This document shows positions 43,867 to 45,091 of a stretch of 45,091 nt of DNA, piece after piece. The notes beneath the pieces were generated by a model. The model was not told the origin of the DNA, did no database searches, and saw nothing but the letters and a program-made list of their open reading frames with translations. Both the position numbers and the translations under genes were made by a program. The stretch covers positions 1 through 45,091 of the forward strand of contig JAHIVK010000010.1 of NCBI GenBank assembly GCA_018816385.1, written 5' to 3'. Source of the stretch: Patescibacteria group bacterium (lineage in GTDB: Bacteria > Patescibacteriota > Microgenomatia > UBA1400 > PJMF01). Position 1 is the stretch's first letter. Each line of letters opens with the position of its first letter.

Positions 43867-44454
43867 ATGAAAAATATAAAAAGAGAACCAATAAAAGAAC
43901 ATTTTATTTATAGAGGGTTAATATATGAACCGTACTATACAACTAGGATACATAGTGGCTATTCACAATTAAGTGTTCGAGGACCTTTTTGCCCAGAAGA
44001 TAGGGTCACTCTTGTTTATAAGAATGAAGGACAACCTTTAGACGGATTAATTTGTTCGGTGTGCTCGACCGAATATCAACACGGAAAAGATATCCAAACG
44101 TTACGGGAATCAGCCCATAGGGTGTATGAGGCCAGTCAAAGACAAAAAATTAATCTTATATCATTAGATTTACCCCCAACGCTTGTAAAAGCTGATGATG
44201 AAAATGACGATTACTGGATCGAGGCAAGATTGGGACAAAAACAGGGAAAACTTCAAGGCCTTATTTATATGGGAAGAAAAGTTAAAGGATCCCAAAAGAA
44301 AACTGATTATGTTCAAATCATGTTAGACCCAGATGACGAGCAGTTTAGATTTGATAAAAGCAATCAAAATCCAATGGATTTACTGTCAAAAATAACCGTT
44401 GAGTTTAGAAATACAATTGTTAGACAAACAGTAAAACAAGAAAAGTCTAAATAA
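43867..44454 (+). CDS. Hypothetical protein with a possible Cys-pair zinc-binding site
   Basis: ORF with CPED...CSVC. Start set at the ATG at 43867. Confidence 0.45.
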   Translation: MKNIKREPIKEHFIYRGLIYEPYYTTRIHSGYSQLSVRGPFCPEDRVTLVYKNEGQPLDGLICSVCSTEYQHGKDIQTLRESAHRVYEASQRQKINLISLDLPPTLVKADDENDDYWIEARLGQKQGKLQGLIYMGRKVKGSQKKTDYVQIMLDPDDEQFRFDKSNQNPMDLLSKITVEFRNTIVRQTVKQEKSK

Positions 44455-44455
44455 T

Positions 44456-44653
44456 ATGAATAAAAAAATCGTCCATCCATGTCCTGAATGCAACTCAATA
44501 GATATTGAGCCAATTACAAATAATCCAAAATATGATAGCGGAAATATTTTTGGTTTTACCTCTGAGGATTATAGAAAATTACCAACATGGAAGTGTAATA
44601 AATGTAATTTTCACTGGAATAATTATAAGAAAAAGGCGAGTCTAATAAGTTAA
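44456..44653 (+). CDS. Small zinc-ribbon protein
   Basis: CPECNS ... CNKCNF, two CxxC pairs. Confidence 0.5.
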   Translation: MNKKIVHPCPECNSIDIEPITNNPKYDSGNIFGFTSEDYRKLPTWKCNKCNFHWNNYKKKASLIS

Positions 44654-44709
44654 TTTATAAACCCCATGACCTCCCTCCAAAGGCGGGCAAGCCCGATTGC
44701 GCCAGAGTT

Positions 44710-45009
44710 ATGAAAAAAAACAAGCAACCATCAGATAATCAAATTACCATCTATCAGTCGCCCGACGGCGGGGTGAACATTGAAGTAATGTATGCCGATG
44801 AAAATATCTGGCTGACACAGAAAAAGATGGCGGAGCTGTTTGATACCACGTCACAGAACATTACGATGCATCTAAAAAATATTTATAAAGTGGGCGAGCT
44901 AGATGAGAACTCAACTTGTAAGGATTTCTTACAAGTTCGATCAGAGGGCGGTGAAGCTCGCCGGCCTAAAGGCCGGAGCTTCACAAAGAACCTGTGCTTA
45001 GTTTGTTGA
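44710..45009 (+). pseudogene. RhuM-family (virulence-protein-like) gene, N-terminal ~79 codons followed by unrelated sequence
   Basis: ITIYQSPDGGVNIEVMYADENIWLTQKKMAELFDTTSQNITMHLKNIYKVGELDENS matches the RhuM N-terminus. Similarity is lost after RSEGG. Confidence 0.6.
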
Positions 45010-45091
45010 TATACTTGGCTTATGCAAGCCAGGTATAAAGTAGGCTCTCATACCAGACATCGTCTCCTCTACCATTTTACTTTCATTCCTA
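44950..45091 (+). mobile_element. Left end of an IS200/IS605-family element with subterminal hairpins, truncated by the window
   Basis: Hairpins gtgaagctc..ccggcc-taaa-ggccggagcttcac and cttggcttatgcaagccagg, followed by the tnpA start. Confidence 0.55.
45022..45091 (+). CDS. tnpA: IS200/IS605 family Y1 transposase TnpA, N-terminal fragment that runs off the window
   Basis: Hand translation MQARYKVGSHTRHRLLYHFTFIP matches the typical ..GSH....L.YH.V..PKYR N-terminus. Confidence 0.6.
   Translation, partial: MQARYKVGSHTRHRLLYHFTFIP

Noticed and set aside
42153-45091. A prophage interpretation of the LexA-like / HNH / small-gene region
   Set aside because: The window has no integrase and no capsid, tail, terminase or lysis genes. 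The evidence supports only a defence or mobile-gene island.
1-45091. An alternative genetic code (for example UGA recoding, as in some CPR-related lineages)
   Set aside because: Well-supported genes end at TGA (for example alaS and the DGR target) as well as at TAA and TAG, at the expected lengths. The only anomalous in-frame stop is the single TAA in the RT.

Overview
The window appears to be a chromosomal segment from a small-genome bacterium. A CPR/Patescibacteria-like origin is my inference from gene content only. Standard code 11 fits: long ORFs end at TGA, TAA and TAG. The backbone is housekeeping and cell-envelope or division genes: alaS, a sortase, ruvX/yqgF, mltG, murG, ftsQ-like, ftsA, ftsZ, ileS, a SEDS protein, rplU, rpmA, parB, lepB, and Wzx/GT2/O-antigen-ligase-like genes.

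Three accessory regions stand out.
1. About 10.7-19.1 kb: an 8.4 kb insertion between ftsA and ftsZ carries a complete diversity-generating retroelement (DGR). It has an RT, an Avd-like four-helix-bundle gene, and a 125 bp TR/VR pair in which 21 of 22 differences fall on TR adenines. The VR is at the C-terminus of an AAA+ ATPase with a C-type-lectin/FGE-like tail. That gene sits directly downstream of a transglutaminase-vWA gene.
2. About 20.4-22.2 kb: a toxin-antitoxin cluster with HicAB, MNT/HEPN and an orphan MNT.
3. About 34.4-45.1 kb: a visibly AT-rich island beside tRNA-Thr. It holds a tightly overlapped minus-strand operon (SNF2 helicase, N6-MTase, half-size HsdS, DUF3800) followed by a PD-(D/E)xK-methylase fusion. 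After that come a LexA-like repressor, a mini-HNH gene, small unknown genes, decayed methylase C-terminal tails, and a RhuM-like gene cut by an IS200/IS605 element at the window edge.

The window also contains a MITE-like family with 19-20 bp terminal inverted repeats: two full copies in opposite orientation, one partial copy, two minimal hairpins and two solo ends. There are three intergenic tandem-repeat arrays and a palindromic-repeat cluster inserted in frame in a membrane-protein gene. All homology calls come from motif recognition by eye, and no database search was run.
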